Source: Candidatus Thorarchaeota archaeon (GTDB lineage: Archaea > Asgardarchaeota > Thorarchaeia > Thorarchaeales > Thorarchaeaceae). Taken from it: 47,735 nucleotides of DNA. Both the position numbers and the translations under genes were made by a program. Positions 9,191 to 18,509 of the stretch are shown in pieces. Each line of letters begins with the position of its first letter. Within the stretch, counting starts at the first letter, position 1. The notes below the pieces were generated by a model, which ran no database searches, was not told where the DNA came from, and worked only from the letters and a program-made list of their open reading frames with translations. The DNA is taken from NCBI GenBank assembly GCA_046758445.1, contig JBHIAE010000024.1:1-47735 (forward strand), given 5' to 3'.

Positions 9191-9817
9191 TTGCGTCTGA
9201 AAGACCTGGAGATTGAACTACAATCAATGGATCGCATTGATGAACATGACATTTCATTGGAACAATACCCCACACCGCCGAAGATTGCGGCCGCAATACT
9301 CTATGCGGCACAGATGGAACATAGTGATATTGCAGGCAAGACAGTGTGCGATCTTGGTTGTGGAGATGGCATTTTCGCTATCGGTGCAGCTCTTCTAGGC
9401 GCAGAACGCACTATCGGCATTGACGTGCAATCCAAAGCCTTAAAGGTCTCTCAAAAGAACTCAGTCGCACTCGGGACTGACGACACTACAGACTGGGTCC
9501 TGGGAGATGTTTCCTCATTCGAAGTGAAAGGCCCCATAGATACTGTGGTGACAAATCCCCCTTTCGGTGTCAAGAAGAGAGGTGCGGACCTGAGATTCCT
9601 GAGGAAGGCAGTATCAATAGCGAAGATCACCTACAGCATACACTTAGCAGGCGAAAAGAATAGAGCCTTCCTGAGAAACACAATCGAAGACCTTGGAGGA
9701 GAAGTAACACAGGTCGAAACATTCGAGTTTCCAATAGACAGAATCTACGACTTTCACAAGAAGCCCAGACATCTAATTGGAGTGGACCTTTATCGCATTA
9801 TACAGCAAAGAGTGTGA
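9191..9817 (+). CDS. METTL5-family (COG2263) SAM-dependent methyltransferase
   Basis: LEQYPTP, DLGCGDG, NPPFG motifs. Confidence 0.9.
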   Translation: MRLKDLEIELQSMDRIDEHDISLEQYPTPPKIAAAILYAAQMEHSDIAGKTVCDLGCGDGIFAIGAALLGAERTIGIDVQSKALKVSQKNSVALGTDDTTDWVLGDVSSFEVKGPIDTVVTNPPFGVKKRGADLRFLRKAVSIAKITYSIHLAGEKNRAFLRNTIEDLGGEVTQVETFEFPIDRIYDFHKKPRHLIGVDLYRIIQQRV

Positions 9818-9822
9818 CTACA

Positions 9823-10572
9823 ATGGCTGACGTAAAGAGTGGGGATGTTGTTATGCCTGGAGACCAGCTCTGCGTGATTGAAGAACTGAGTCCCGGCTTT
9901 GGCACATACGAGAAGGACGGAGTTGTCTTTGCAGCCACATCAGGGGGGGTTGCAATCGACCTGAAGGCGCGCAGCATAAGAGTACTTGCAGCCGACGGTA
10001 CAATGAAGCTGGCACTCCCTGTCAAGGGCGACATACTGATGGGTGAGGTGACCAATGCCTACGAGCAACGTGCTGAAGTTGCAATTGTGAAAAGGAACGG
10101 CACCGACATCTACAACCCTCTTCAAGGAGAGATTCACATTAGTAATGTTACTCGGCGCTTCGTGAGGTCCATGGCCGATGTCATTAGACAGGGTGACATT
10201 GTAAGAGGCATAGCACTGAACTCTCACGAGGTCCCTGTTGAGATTAGTCTTGTAGGCCCTGAGTTGGGTGTTCTACGTGCCAAGTGTGTGAAATGTGGTA
10301 ATGACCTGACACTCACTAGCTACAACAACCTATTCTGTCTACGGTGCGAGAATAGAGAAACTCGTGAAGTGGCCAACGACTACGGAGTCCTGTTTGGTAT
10401 CGAGTCGAGAAAGGACTTGGCACCGCGTAGAAGGTCCTATGACGATAGAGGACGGGGTGATAGACATCGCTCCTTTGATAGACGTGGAGGGAGATCCAGG
10501 CCCAGACGCTATGGTGACCGGCGCGATGACAGAGACCGCGGTGGAAGAGACTGGGGCAGGAGGAGACATTAG
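9823..10572 (+). CDS. csl4: Exosome RNA-binding subunit Csl4 with an R/D/G-rich tail
   Basis: VMPGD..EE..PG.GTYE, S1 domain, LGV..A.C..CG...C..C...ETR Zn ribbon. Confidence 0.92.
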   Translation: MADVKSGDVVMPGDQLCVIEELSPGFGTYEKDGVVFAATSGGVAIDLKARSIRVLAADGTMKLALPVKGDILMGEVTNAYEQRAEVAIVKRNGTDIYNPLQGEIHISNVTRRFVRSMADVIRQGDIVRGIALNSHEVPVEISLVGPELGVLRAKCVKCGNDLTLTSYNNLFCLRCENRETREVANDYGVLFGIESRKDLAPRRRSYDDRGRGDRHRSFDRRGGRSRPRRYGDRRDDRDRGGRDWGRRRH

Positions 10573-10573
10573 A

Positions 10574-10864
10574 ATGAAACCAAAAGTGTTAGAACATGAT
10601 CGCTATGAGCTCCTGATTGAATTTCAGGGAGAGGACCATGGGTTCTGCAATCTCCTGCGACGGACGCTTCTTGAAGAACCCTCAGTGGAATTTGCCGGAT
10701 ACCATCTAGAACATCCTCTCTTGGCCAGTCCGGTTGTCACTTTGAGGACCAAGAGGCGCAAAGCTAGTGTGGTTCTTCGTGAGGCACTTGAGAAGATACT
10801 TGCTCGGTCTGAAGAGTTCAGGAAGGGATTCAATCAGACAATCTCAGATCATGGCATTGACTAG
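10574..10864 (+). CDS. rpoL: RNA polymerase subunit Rpo11 (L)
   Basis: GEDHGFCNLLR...V.FAGY..EHPL; lies directly after csl4. Confidence 0.92.
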   Translation: MKPKVLEHDRYELLIEFQGEDHGFCNLLRRTLLEEPSVEFAGYHLEHPLLASPVVTLRTKRRKASVVLREALEKILARSEEFRKGFNQTISDHGID

Positions 10865-10902
10865 ATCCCGTGGCGGCAAGACTATCACTCTGGTGGCTTA
10901 TT

Positions 10903-11325
10903 ATGTGGAGTTTCGTCAAGAAGTATCAGAATTCTGCAGACATAATGAGAGATAAAGGCCTGGCAAAGGTTGGCGATGGCCTCGTCAATCTGTGCTACTC
11001 TCTTGCCAAATCCGAAGTTCTCGGAGAGGCCACCGGCGAAAAGGTGCGTGACATCGTTCTTGCAAAAGCACTACGTGCCACGCCTGTCTATCATAACATC
11101 TCTCGAAGGACCGATTCTGGAGTAGCTGCCGATGCGTATGAGGCGATTGTAGCCTATCTATGGTTGAGCGGGAAGACTACAATCGAGTCGATGGTTTCCT
11201 CACTGGTAAAGAGGCTGGATATCAACTCGAAGACAAGTAGGAAGCAAGAGGGTCAGGCTGCAGCCCGTGCCTTCCAAATCCTATTGGAGGAGTTGATGGT
11301 CCTTCTTCCTGGCTCTCCTGACTAG
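10903..11325 (+). CDS. Archaeal RNase III-like (mini-III-type) protein
   Basis: DKGLAKVGD.LVN..YS.A...ADAYEA motifs; typical position between rpoL and tfs; start uncertain. Confidence 0.8.
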   Translation: MWSFVKKYQNSADIMRDKGLAKVGDGLVNLCYSLAKSEVLGEATGEKVRDIVLAKALRATPVYHNISRRTDSGVAADAYEAIVAYLWLSGKTTIESMVSSLVKRLDINSKTSRKQEGQAAARAFQILLEELMVLLPGSPD

Positions 11326-11409
11326 CCCTCACCAGCCAGAGCGGCTGTTGTTCAGTAAGCCTTAATTTGAGAGGGCATAGTCCAATCGAGAATCCAGGAG
11401 TACCGCAAA

Positions 11410-11736
11410 ATGGAATTCTGTGACAAATGTGGTGCCATGATGATTCCGGCCTCAGAGAATGGATCTCGTCTTCTGAAATGCCGGAGTTGTGGTCATAGCA
11501 AACCAATCGGAGGCAACCTCACAGTTTCTCACAGACTTCAGAAGACGCCTCGCGACAAGATTGTAGTGGTCGAGGACGATTCAATTCCTATGCCAATCAC
11601 TAAGGCCGTCTGTCCTAAGTGTGGCAACAACGATGCGTACTACTGGACAGTCCAGACTCGCCGAGGAGATGAGGGCGCAACTGAGTTCTATAGATGTACT
11701 GAGTGCAAGCACACTTGGCGAAACTACGGTGGCTAG
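11410..11736 (+). CDS. tfs: Transcription factor S (TFS/RpoM)
   Basis: MEFCDKCG and CPKCG...QTRRGDEG.T.FY.C..C...WR. Confidence 0.95.
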   Translation: MEFCDKCGAMMIPASENGSRLLKCRSCGHSKPIGGNLTVSHRLQKTPRDKIVVVEDDSIPMPITKAVCPKCGNNDAYYWTVQTRRGDEGATEFYRCTECKHTWRNYGG

Positions 11737-11853
11737 GTTGGCCGAGATGGAGATGCACACAAGCGAGACTAACACATTTAAGACCTGGACATGTTGCCAC
11801 TAAAGGACTTAATATCCGACTTCATCCGAACTAGACTTGATGGTGCGAACAGC

Positions 11854-12228
11854 TTGACCGAGGAGAGGAAGTTTCCACGCAAGAAGCCTGCAATTCTCAC
11901 GACCGTTCGAAGCCTATCTACTGAAACGGATGGTCCCGTGAGGATAATGGCCATTGTGGTAGAGTCAAGCCCTGGAGTTGCACTGGTGCAGGACATCTAT
12001 GACGATGACGTCGATAAGGCAGGGAAGATAGTAGTTAGTGTGGAAGGAACACTTGACGTGGCTGAGAAGTACATCCTGCTTGGCGACGTGACCGAGAAAT
12101 CAGATCCAAAAGGTAAGGAACTCCGATTGGCTGTTTCCTTAGCTTACAATATTAAGGACCTCGATGTCAAGCTTTACAAACGAGTAATGGAGATGGATAG
12201 CACAGTAGTCCGAGCACTGAGTAGATGA
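11854..12228 (+). CDS. Single OB-fold protein, Rpa14/RPA3-like
   Basis: N-terminal RKKPAI, beta-rich OB pattern and C-terminal helix DLDVKLY resemble (from recall) Thermococcales Rpa14 and eukaryotic RPA3; TTG start after GGTG; sits before PCNA. Confidence 0.65.
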   Translation: MTEERKFPRKKPAILTTVRSLSTETDGPVRIMAIVVESSPGVALVQDIYDDDVDKAGKIVVSVEGTLDVAEKYILLGDVTEKSDPKGKELRLAVSLAYNIKDLDVKLYKRVMEMDSTVVRALSR

Positions 12229-12244
12229 AGGAGGAGAAGCTGAG

Positions 12245-13006
12245 ATGTTTCATGCAACACTTGACAGCACAAGCACGTGGAGGCAAATCGTGGATGCCCT
12301 AGCAACGCTCCTCACGGAGGTTCACTTTGTAGTATCTGAAACAGGAATATCGCTTCGACAGTTAGACTCATCAAAGGCAGCGATGGTTGACCTTGTCTTG
12401 CCTGCAGGCGTGTTTCAAGAGTACAACTGCGATGGTGAACATGATATATGCCTCGGAGTTGACGAACTCAATAAGGTAAGTAAGCGAATGGCCGGCGATG
12501 ATCGACTTGAATTCAATCTCGATGAGGAGGCAAGACGATTCGAAATCAAGATGATTGGTCAGGCACAGCGTCAGTTCAAGCTTCAGCTCCTAACTCCGCC
12601 TGACGAGCGGACCAAGAAGCCTAGTCTTGCCTTTGAAGCGAAGGCTGAGATGTTCGCTGATGCATTCAAACATGCCGTTAAGGACATAGGAGTAGTATCC
12701 AGCCATATTCGTATAACTGCGAGTGGGAAGACACTATCATTCACTGGAGAGGGGGATACAGGTGAGGCAGAAGTGGCCCTGAAGGCATCTGGAGACGACT
12801 CTGCAGTGTTTCATATGGAGGCGAAAGATAAGCCTACTGCCATGTATGCACTGAACTACCTCTCTGAGATCGCAAAAGCAATGTCGACTGACAGTCTTAC
12901 GATTCAATTCAGCAGCAACAAACCGATGCTACTCGTGTTCCCAATAGCCGAGATAGGAAGCATCAGTTTCATACTGGCTCCACGTGTAGAACGGAGATCG
13001 GTATGA
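12245..13006 (+). CDS. pcn: Sliding clamp PCNA
   Basis: LDSSKAAMVDL, YALNYL, C-terminal F.LAPR, 253 aa. Confidence 0.95.
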   Translation: MFHATLDSTSTWRQIVDALATLLTEVHFVVSETGISLRQLDSSKAAMVDLVLPAGVFQEYNCDGEHDICLGVDELNKVSKRMAGDDRLEFNLDEEARRFEIKMIGQAQRQFKLQLLTPPDERTKKPSLAFEAKAEMFADAFKHAVKDIGVVSSHIRITASGKTLSFTGEGDTGEAEVALKASGDDSAVFHMEAKDKPTAMYALNYLSEIAKAMSTDSLTIQFSSNKPMLLVFPIAEIGSISFILAPRVERRSV

Positions 13007-13099
13007 TTGAGAGTCATGTGCACCCTCATGACCTCAATTGCATCCAAGTCAAAGACATAGGGATTCGACGAGATAGCCTGTTTCACGGAGTTGGTAGGC

Positions 13100-14530
13100 G
13101 TGTCAAACCGTGTTCGAGAAACCGTGAGCAAGTTCTTACAGCTCACCTTTCATAACTACTATCGCTCAAATAGAGAGAAGGTAGACGAACCCGACAGGAT
13201 TCATACACGCGAGTTTGCCATGGAAGACTGGGAGTTCACTTGGAGGTGCACAGAACGTGTTTGGAAGGACTCCTCAGGAAGAGAGGTCAAGACCGGCTGC
13301 GACAACTCCGGCACAACCTTCCAGAAGGTGACAGCCTGTCCGGTGTGCGGGTCCAATGATGTTCAAGTAACGAACTGGAAGAGGCATCTCGGCTACCGCA
13401 CACAGAAGACGCTATTGGATGACTTGGTAGAGTTCGCACCGCACAGCGTCTACCACTCTGCTGCCTTCTATGAGATTCCTGTTGCTCGACATATGGTAGA
13501 GAAGGAATGGCAAGGGGCTGAGCTGGTATTCGACATTGATGCCGATCATCTCTCCACAGAGTGCACGAGTGACCATGATGCATGGAGGTGTAACAATCCA
13601 GATTGTCTGGAAGCTGGTCACAGTCATCCGCCAGATGCTGGCTGTCCTCAGTGTGGTGGTTCAAGTTTCAGTACTCGCAAGTGGCTATGCGAGAAGTGTC
13701 TCGAAGAGGCCAAGAAGAACACACTGAGGGTGCACGATGATTTTCTTGTTCAAGACTTCGGAATTGATCCCGAGAACATTCAGATGAACTACAGTGGACA
13801 CAGGGGATACCATATCCGGGTTCGTGATCCAAAGGTCTTCAAGCTTGACTCGAGCGGTCGAGTAGAAATCGTCCATTATATCACTGGTATGGGGTTCAGA
13901 GTTGCACCAGCAAAAGACGACTCTCCGCAAGACAGACATAGAGTGATAATCGTTTCAAAAGATTCCCCTTTACCCACCAAGAAGAAGAGAGAACTAGACG
14001 TTCCCGGATGGGGGAACCGCGTGGCAGAAGCTATGATAGAGTTTGTCAGAAACATCGATACGTATCAAGGAGATGAGCGCTGGGTGAAACCTCTCAAGGC
14101 AAATAGGGAAGCAGCGATTCAAGGCCTTCTGAGGAGTCCTCCGATTCTAAGTCAAAGTGTGAAGAACGTAGGGAACAAGTCGTGGCAGGAGATTGCCGTA
14201 AGGGCGGTAGAAGCCCATGGTGGGGAGATAGACGTGCCTGTCACTCACGATATTCATAGAGTAATCCGCCTTGCAGGCAGCCTGAATGGCAAGACTGGCT
14301 TCACAGCCACACCACTATCGCGTGACGAGATGGCGGATTTTGATCCATTCACTGATTCATTGGCAATGACCAAAGGATCACTTGAAGTCCGCTTTCTTGA
14401 AAGCCCTCTTCCTGTCCCTAAAATCAGAATTGGCAATGATACAATAGGCCCATTTCGAAACGAAACAGTGGCGCTCCCGATGGCAGCAGCTATATTCATG
14501 TTGTGCAAAGGAGTGGCAACAATTGAGTAA
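13100..14530 (+). CDS. priS: DNA primase catalytic subunit PriS with Zn-ribbon insertions
   Basis: REF, GAELVFDIDAD, YSGHRGYH, IDVPVT.DIHR..R..GSLNGKTG. Confidence 0.93.
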   Translation: MSNRVRETVSKFLQLTFHNYYRSNREKVDEPDRIHTREFAMEDWEFTWRCTERVWKDSSGREVKTGCDNSGTTFQKVTACPVCGSNDVQVTNWKRHLGYRTQKTLLDDLVEFAPHSVYHSAAFYEIPVARHMVEKEWQGAELVFDIDADHLSTECTSDHDAWRCNNPDCLEAGHSHPPDAGCPQCGGSSFSTRKWLCEKCLEEAKKNTLRVHDDFLVQDFGIDPENIQMNYSGHRGYHIRVRDPKVFKLDSSGRVEIVHYITGMGFRVAPAKDDSPQDRHRVIIVSKDSPLPTKKKRELDVPGWGNRVAEAMIEFVRNIDTYQGDERWVKPLKANREAAIQGLLRSPPILSQSVKNVGNKSWQEIAVRAVEAHGGEIDVPVTHDIHRVIRLAGSLNGKTGFTATPLSRDEMADFDPFTDSLAMTKGSLEVRFLESPLPVPKIRIGNDTIGPFRNETVALPMAAAIFMLCKGVATIE

Positions 14531-15134
14531 TCCGATGTATGATGAGATAAGCGATGCATGGGCTGCTGAGGTCAACAACGAGGGACTACAGAATCTGGAG
14601 GACTTGAAACTCAGCAAGATGGTGAAGTACCTCTCTGAGGTGCGATTTGCTCTGACTGAAACCTCAGCAGAGAATCAGCTTCAGGCAGACCTCCTCACAG
14701 AGGAGGCCCTTAACCTCGAATTCATGCTCAAAGATCTCCTGATGCTACGAAGAACCAAGATAGTCAAGGCCGCATTGACGCAGAAACGTCCTGGTGGAGG
14801 AATGGTTCTTCCCGAGGAAGAGCTCTACAACCGTCTTCTAAGAGGTGTAGAAGGACATCTGGAGTTCATCAAGGAGTCGCTTACTGGTTTACCATCATCC
14901 ACACTAAAGCGGGCAAGAACTGATGATTCTGCAGTATCAGAAACGTCTGAGGACTTGGAGTATGTTCTTGTCAAGTTCTTACGCCCAATTGAGGAAGCCT
15001 TTCTCGGTATGGACGAGGCACCCTACGGGCCTTTCAAGAAGGAAGATATCGCCACAATCCCCGCTGCTAATGCAAGACTTTGGCTTCAGGACGGCACAGT
15101 GACTAGAGTCGTGCCGAACAACGAGGGTCATTAG
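14523..15134 (+). CDS. GINS complex subunit (Gins51/Gins15 type)
   Basis: Helical A domain (LRRTKIV...EE.LY) plus C-terminal B domain (F.GMD...YGPFKKEDIA.IP..NA); adjacent to priS. Confidence 0.88.
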   Translation: MSNPMYDEISDAWAAEVNNEGLQNLEDLKLSKMVKYLSEVRFALTETSAENQLQADLLTEEALNLEFMLKDLLMLRRTKIVKAALTQKRPGGGMVLPEEELYNRLLRGVEGHLEFIKESLTGLPSSTLKRARTDDSAVSETSEDLEYVLVKFLRPIEEAFLGMDEAPYGPFKKEDIATIPAANARLWLQDGTVTRVVPNNEGH

Positions 15135-15136
15135 TG

Positions 15137-15439
15137 ATGGATGAACACTCCATAGCCCGGCAACTTACTGAACTCTTGGAGCAATTAGACTCAGCACGCA
15201 TTTCAATCGAGCAGAATCATGAGAAGTTCAGAGTAGCACTGACGGGAGTTCTCCGGCTCCTTAGTGCGGGTGACACCACATTGAACGGGCTGAAAGGGAG
15301 TCCCGAGGACTTGAAGGGCTACATCCTCAAGCTGGCTGCCGAATTAAGTCAAGATTCAACCAGTCGGTGGGAACTCTTGAGATCCCAGCTAGCAGCGCTT
15401 CATTCTCATATTCAAGATGCTCCCGACAGAAAATCCTAA
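15137..15439 (+). CDS. Hypothetical helical protein
   Basis: Operonic after GINS; ~100-aa helical ORF. Confidence 0.6.
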   Translation: MDEHSIARQLTELLEQLDSARISIEQNHEKFRVALTGVLRLLSAGDTTLNGLKGSPEDLKGYILKLAAELSQDSTSRWELLRSQLAALHSHIQDAPDRKS

Positions 15440-15464
15440 GAGAGGGCACCACCCCGTTCTTGCC

Positions 15465-15656
15465 ATGCGCCCAAGAGCACAATGGTTCATCTATCTAACA
15501 GCCATAGTCTGTTCAGTCCTTGCCATACTGGGTGGAGTGTCGTATCCTCTCAACACCCAGGGATTGCCGTACATCATTCTATACGAGCTGGGACTCTTCG
15601 TCGGTGTTTTCTCTCTCCTCCTTCTGATATATCACAAGGCTCTGCCAGAGGGCTAA
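15465..15656 (+). CDS. Small two-TM membrane protein
   Basis: Two hydrophobic segments, ATG start, operonic position. Confidence 0.55.
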   Translation: MRPRAQWFIYLTAIVCSVLAILGGVSYPLNTQGLPYIILYELGLFVGVFSLLLLIYHKALPEG

Positions 15657-15831
15657 ACCACTCTCAAAGTCTTACCATCTAGAGTCAAGTGGTCAATCGT
15701 GGCATCGCATTCGAATTCCACTTCCATAACTGCTCACTCTGACTGCCACCTTTGCAAACTTTTAATATAGGCTCCCAAATCGTCGTTCTATCCAGCCACA
15801 TCGCTATTCATGTCCTAGTGGTGTATTCATC

Positions 15832-16374
15832 ATGGCCGAAACGGAAGAGAAACCTAGTCCGCCAGTCACCCTGATTGATCCGATTGATATGTCAACACTG
15901 GACCCGAAGTTTCGAGATGAGATAAGCAGCATGCCAAATGGAGAGGAGCTCTCCGCGTGCTTTGCCTGTTCAACATGCACAGCGGCCTGTCCTATTGCCA
16001 ATCAGTGGGACTACAAGCCTCATCAGCTTATTCGAATGATGCTGCTCGGAATGCGTAATGAGGTCTTGTCCAGCAAGGAAATCTGGGAGTGTCTAACCTG
16101 CTTTCAATGTCAAGAACGCTGTCCCCAGAAGGTCCGTGTCACCGACATAATCTTTGACTGTAAGAATCTGGCATCTGAAGAGGGCATTGTACCTGAGAAC
16201 ATTCTCGCGCTCGGTCAGTCACTAATTGAGAAAGGCCAGCTGTATGAGGTTATCAACGACTGGGAGCGCGAAGACTTGGGTCTCGAGCCGGAAGTGCCAG
16301 GTCTCTCGACGGACGAGGTGAAGTCAATCCTGAAATCCACTAGAACTGGCAGGCTTGTGAGGGGTGATGAGTAA
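15832..16374 (+). CDS. hdrC: Heterodisulfide reductase subunit C
   Basis: CFACSTCTAACP and IWECLTCFQCQERCP; TATA-like TTTTAATATA near 15760. Confidence 0.93.
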   Translation: MAETEEKPSPPVTLIDPIDMSTLDPKFRDEISSMPNGEELSACFACSTCTAACPIANQWDYKPHQLIRMMLLGMRNEVLSSKEIWECLTCFQCQERCPQKVRVTDIIFDCKNLASEEGIVPENILALGQSLIEKGQLYEVINDWEREDLGLEPEVPGLSTDEVKSILKSTRTGRLVRGDE

Positions 16375-17242
16375 GATGCCAGTCTACAATCTGTATATGG
16401 GCTGCAGTGTCCCGGCAAACTACCCAAACTACGAGGCCGCAATGAACAAGGTGGCCCAATCTCTTGGCATGGACCTAGTCTATATGGAGGATGTTGCATG
16501 CTGTGGGAGCCCGAACCTGCGTGCAATCGACTATTTCGGTTGGCTACTTGTAAATGCACGAACCTTGGCAATTGGAGAGAAGAATGGTAATGACATAGTC
16601 ACACCATGCAATGGCTGCTTTGCCTCCTTGAAGGATGCTCTACATCATCTCAAACATGACAAAGACGACTTGAAGAAGGTCAATGCGGAGCTGAAAGCAT
16701 CTGGCCTCCAACTCAAAGGGACAATCAATGTGCGTCATTTCATTGAGGCACTATATTCGGATATCGGAATCTCGGAGATTCAGAAGAAGATCACTAGACC
16801 ACTTGATGGTGTGGGAATAGCAATTCATTATGGCTGTCATCTTCTCCGTCCAGCTGATGTGACCGAATTCAGTCCTGAGATACTCCAAGAGCTTGTTGCA
16901 GCAACAGGCGCTTCTGTGGTCGACTACCCGTTGTGGAAACAGTGCTGCGGAGCGACAGTCCTGCCAGTCAATGAAGAACTTGCGATTAGACTGGCTCGTG
17001 ACAAATTGAAGTCCATGAAGGAATATGGAGCAGTGTTCATCACAGTAGTATGTCCAGCCTGTGGGAACCAGCTTGACCTCCAACAGCTCGGTCTGAAGGA
17101 CACGTATGGCGAGGTGTATGACTTGCCAGTTCTACTCTATCCACAGATTCTAGCCCTAGCTATGGGGATGGATGAAGAAGAAGTGGGTCTTGGAATGAAC
17201 CGTGTCGCTGCAGATCCAATCTTGGAACATCTAACTAGCTGA
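16367..17242 (+). CDS. hdrB: Heterodisulfide reductase subunit B
   Basis: Two CCG domains (GC, CCG, TPCNGC; HYGCH, CCG, CPAC). Confidence 0.93.
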   Translation: MSKMPVYNLYMGCSVPANYPNYEAAMNKVAQSLGMDLVYMEDVACCGSPNLRAIDYFGWLLVNARTLAIGEKNGNDIVTPCNGCFASLKDALHHLKHDKDDLKKVNAELKASGLQLKGTINVRHFIEALYSDIGISEIQKKITRPLDGVGIAIHYGCHLLRPADVTEFSPEILQELVAATGASVVDYPLWKQCCGATVLPVNEELAIRLARDKLKSMKEYGAVFITVVCPACGNQLDLQQLGLKDTYGEVYDLPVLLYPQILALAMGMDEEEVGLGMNRVAADPILEHLTS

Positions 17243-17243
17243 G

Positions 17244-18506
17244 GTGAGCGTGTATTTGTCCAGTCCAGTATTAGTCATTGGTGCCGGCGTGGCAGGAATG
17301 ACTGCAGCCGTTGAGTTAGCAGACAACGGAATACAGACGATACTGGTTGACAGGCAATCCACTATAGGTGGCAACTCGCTCAATCTCTACAAGGCATTTC
17401 CTAGTGATGACTGTTTCTACTGTTTCCAAGGCAACAGTTGGCGCCCTGGCATCCGCAAGTGTTTCTATCGGAGTACTATGATTGACCAGCCCAATATCGA
17501 ACTCATGACCGACACGATGGTGACGGAGATATCAGAAACACCTGGGAAGTTCTCAGTCAAGCTTGAACGCGGTCCTGAATACGTTGATGCCAAGAAGTGC
17601 ATCATGTGTGGTCTCTGTACAGAGCTATCGCCAGCATTTCAGCTGCTATCGCCTCAGTGTCAGCCACAGGCAGTCATTCTTGACCCAGCCAAGACTGACG
17701 ATGGTGCCAAGAAGGCCGAAGAGGAATGTCCTACCAAGGCAATCAATCTGAGTGCCTCCTCGTCTGAGAAGACCGTCGAAGTTTCAGACATCGTGATAGC
17801 GACTGGTTATCATGAGATGCAACCTGTGACCATGGATGAGTATGGCTACGGAAAGATACCCAATGTAGTCACTCAGCTGGAATTGGCAATGATTCTTGAT
17901 CCTAACGGAGAAACCTCAGGCGCACTGTTGCGCCCTTCAGATGGGGCTCAGGTCAAGAATGTAATGATGGTCCAATGCGTAGGGAGTAGGGACGAGAACT
18001 ACTATCCGTTCTGTTCCAAGATATGTTGCGTGTTCGCACTCAAGCATGCTAACATCGTGACCAACGAGAGAAATGACGCTCGAGTCAGCGTCGTCTACAT
18101 GGACATTCGTACCTACGACCGACATGAGCGATACTACCGTGAAACGCGTCAGTCGGGAGTGGAATTCATCCGAGGCCGCGTGACCCTGGTGGAGCCACGT
18201 GAAGACGATACGATTAACGTCACTGTCTACGACTCGCTGCTAGACAAGTACCTCAAAATCAATGTGGACCTCCTTGTGCTGTCCTCCGCCCTAGAACCGC
18301 CAGATGGCGCAGACAAGTTGATAGAATCCCTCGGTCTAAACTTGGCAAGTGGCTATGTGGGACCTGCAGACCCGGCCTCCGAAGATGAGGTTGTGGCCGC
18401 TGACCATGTGTACGCATGTGGTACTGCACTTGGCCCTGCCGAAGTTCCCGAGAGCGTCAATCAGGCTAGGGCCGTAGTCAGCAAAATCCTTCAGAGCAGG
18501 AGATGA
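17244..18506 (+). CDS. hdrA: HdrA-like flavoprotein 1 (FAD core plus inserted ferredoxin; no N-terminal domain or C-terminal ferredoxins)
   Basis: GAGVAG, FPSDDCFYC, CIMCGLC, QCVGSRD..CSKICC, DIRT. Confidence 0.9.
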   Translation: MSVYLSSPVLVIGAGVAGMTAAVELADNGIQTILVDRQSTIGGNSLNLYKAFPSDDCFYCFQGNSWRPGIRKCFYRSTMIDQPNIELMTDTMVTEISETPGKFSVKLERGPEYVDAKKCIMCGLCTELSPAFQLLSPQCQPQAVILDPAKTDDGAKKAEEECPTKAINLSASSSEKTVEVSDIVIATGYHEMQPVTMDEYGYGKIPNVVTQLELAMILDPNGETSGALLRPSDGAQVKNVMMVQCVGSRDENYYPFCSKICCVFALKHANIVTNERNDARVSVVYMDIRTYDRHERYYRETRQSGVEFIRGRVTLVEPREDDTINVTVYDSLLDKYLKINVDLLVLSSALEPPDGADKLIESLGLNLASGYVGPADPASEDEVVAADHVYACGTALGPAEVPESVNQARAVVSKILQSRR

Positions 18507-18509
18507 TGA

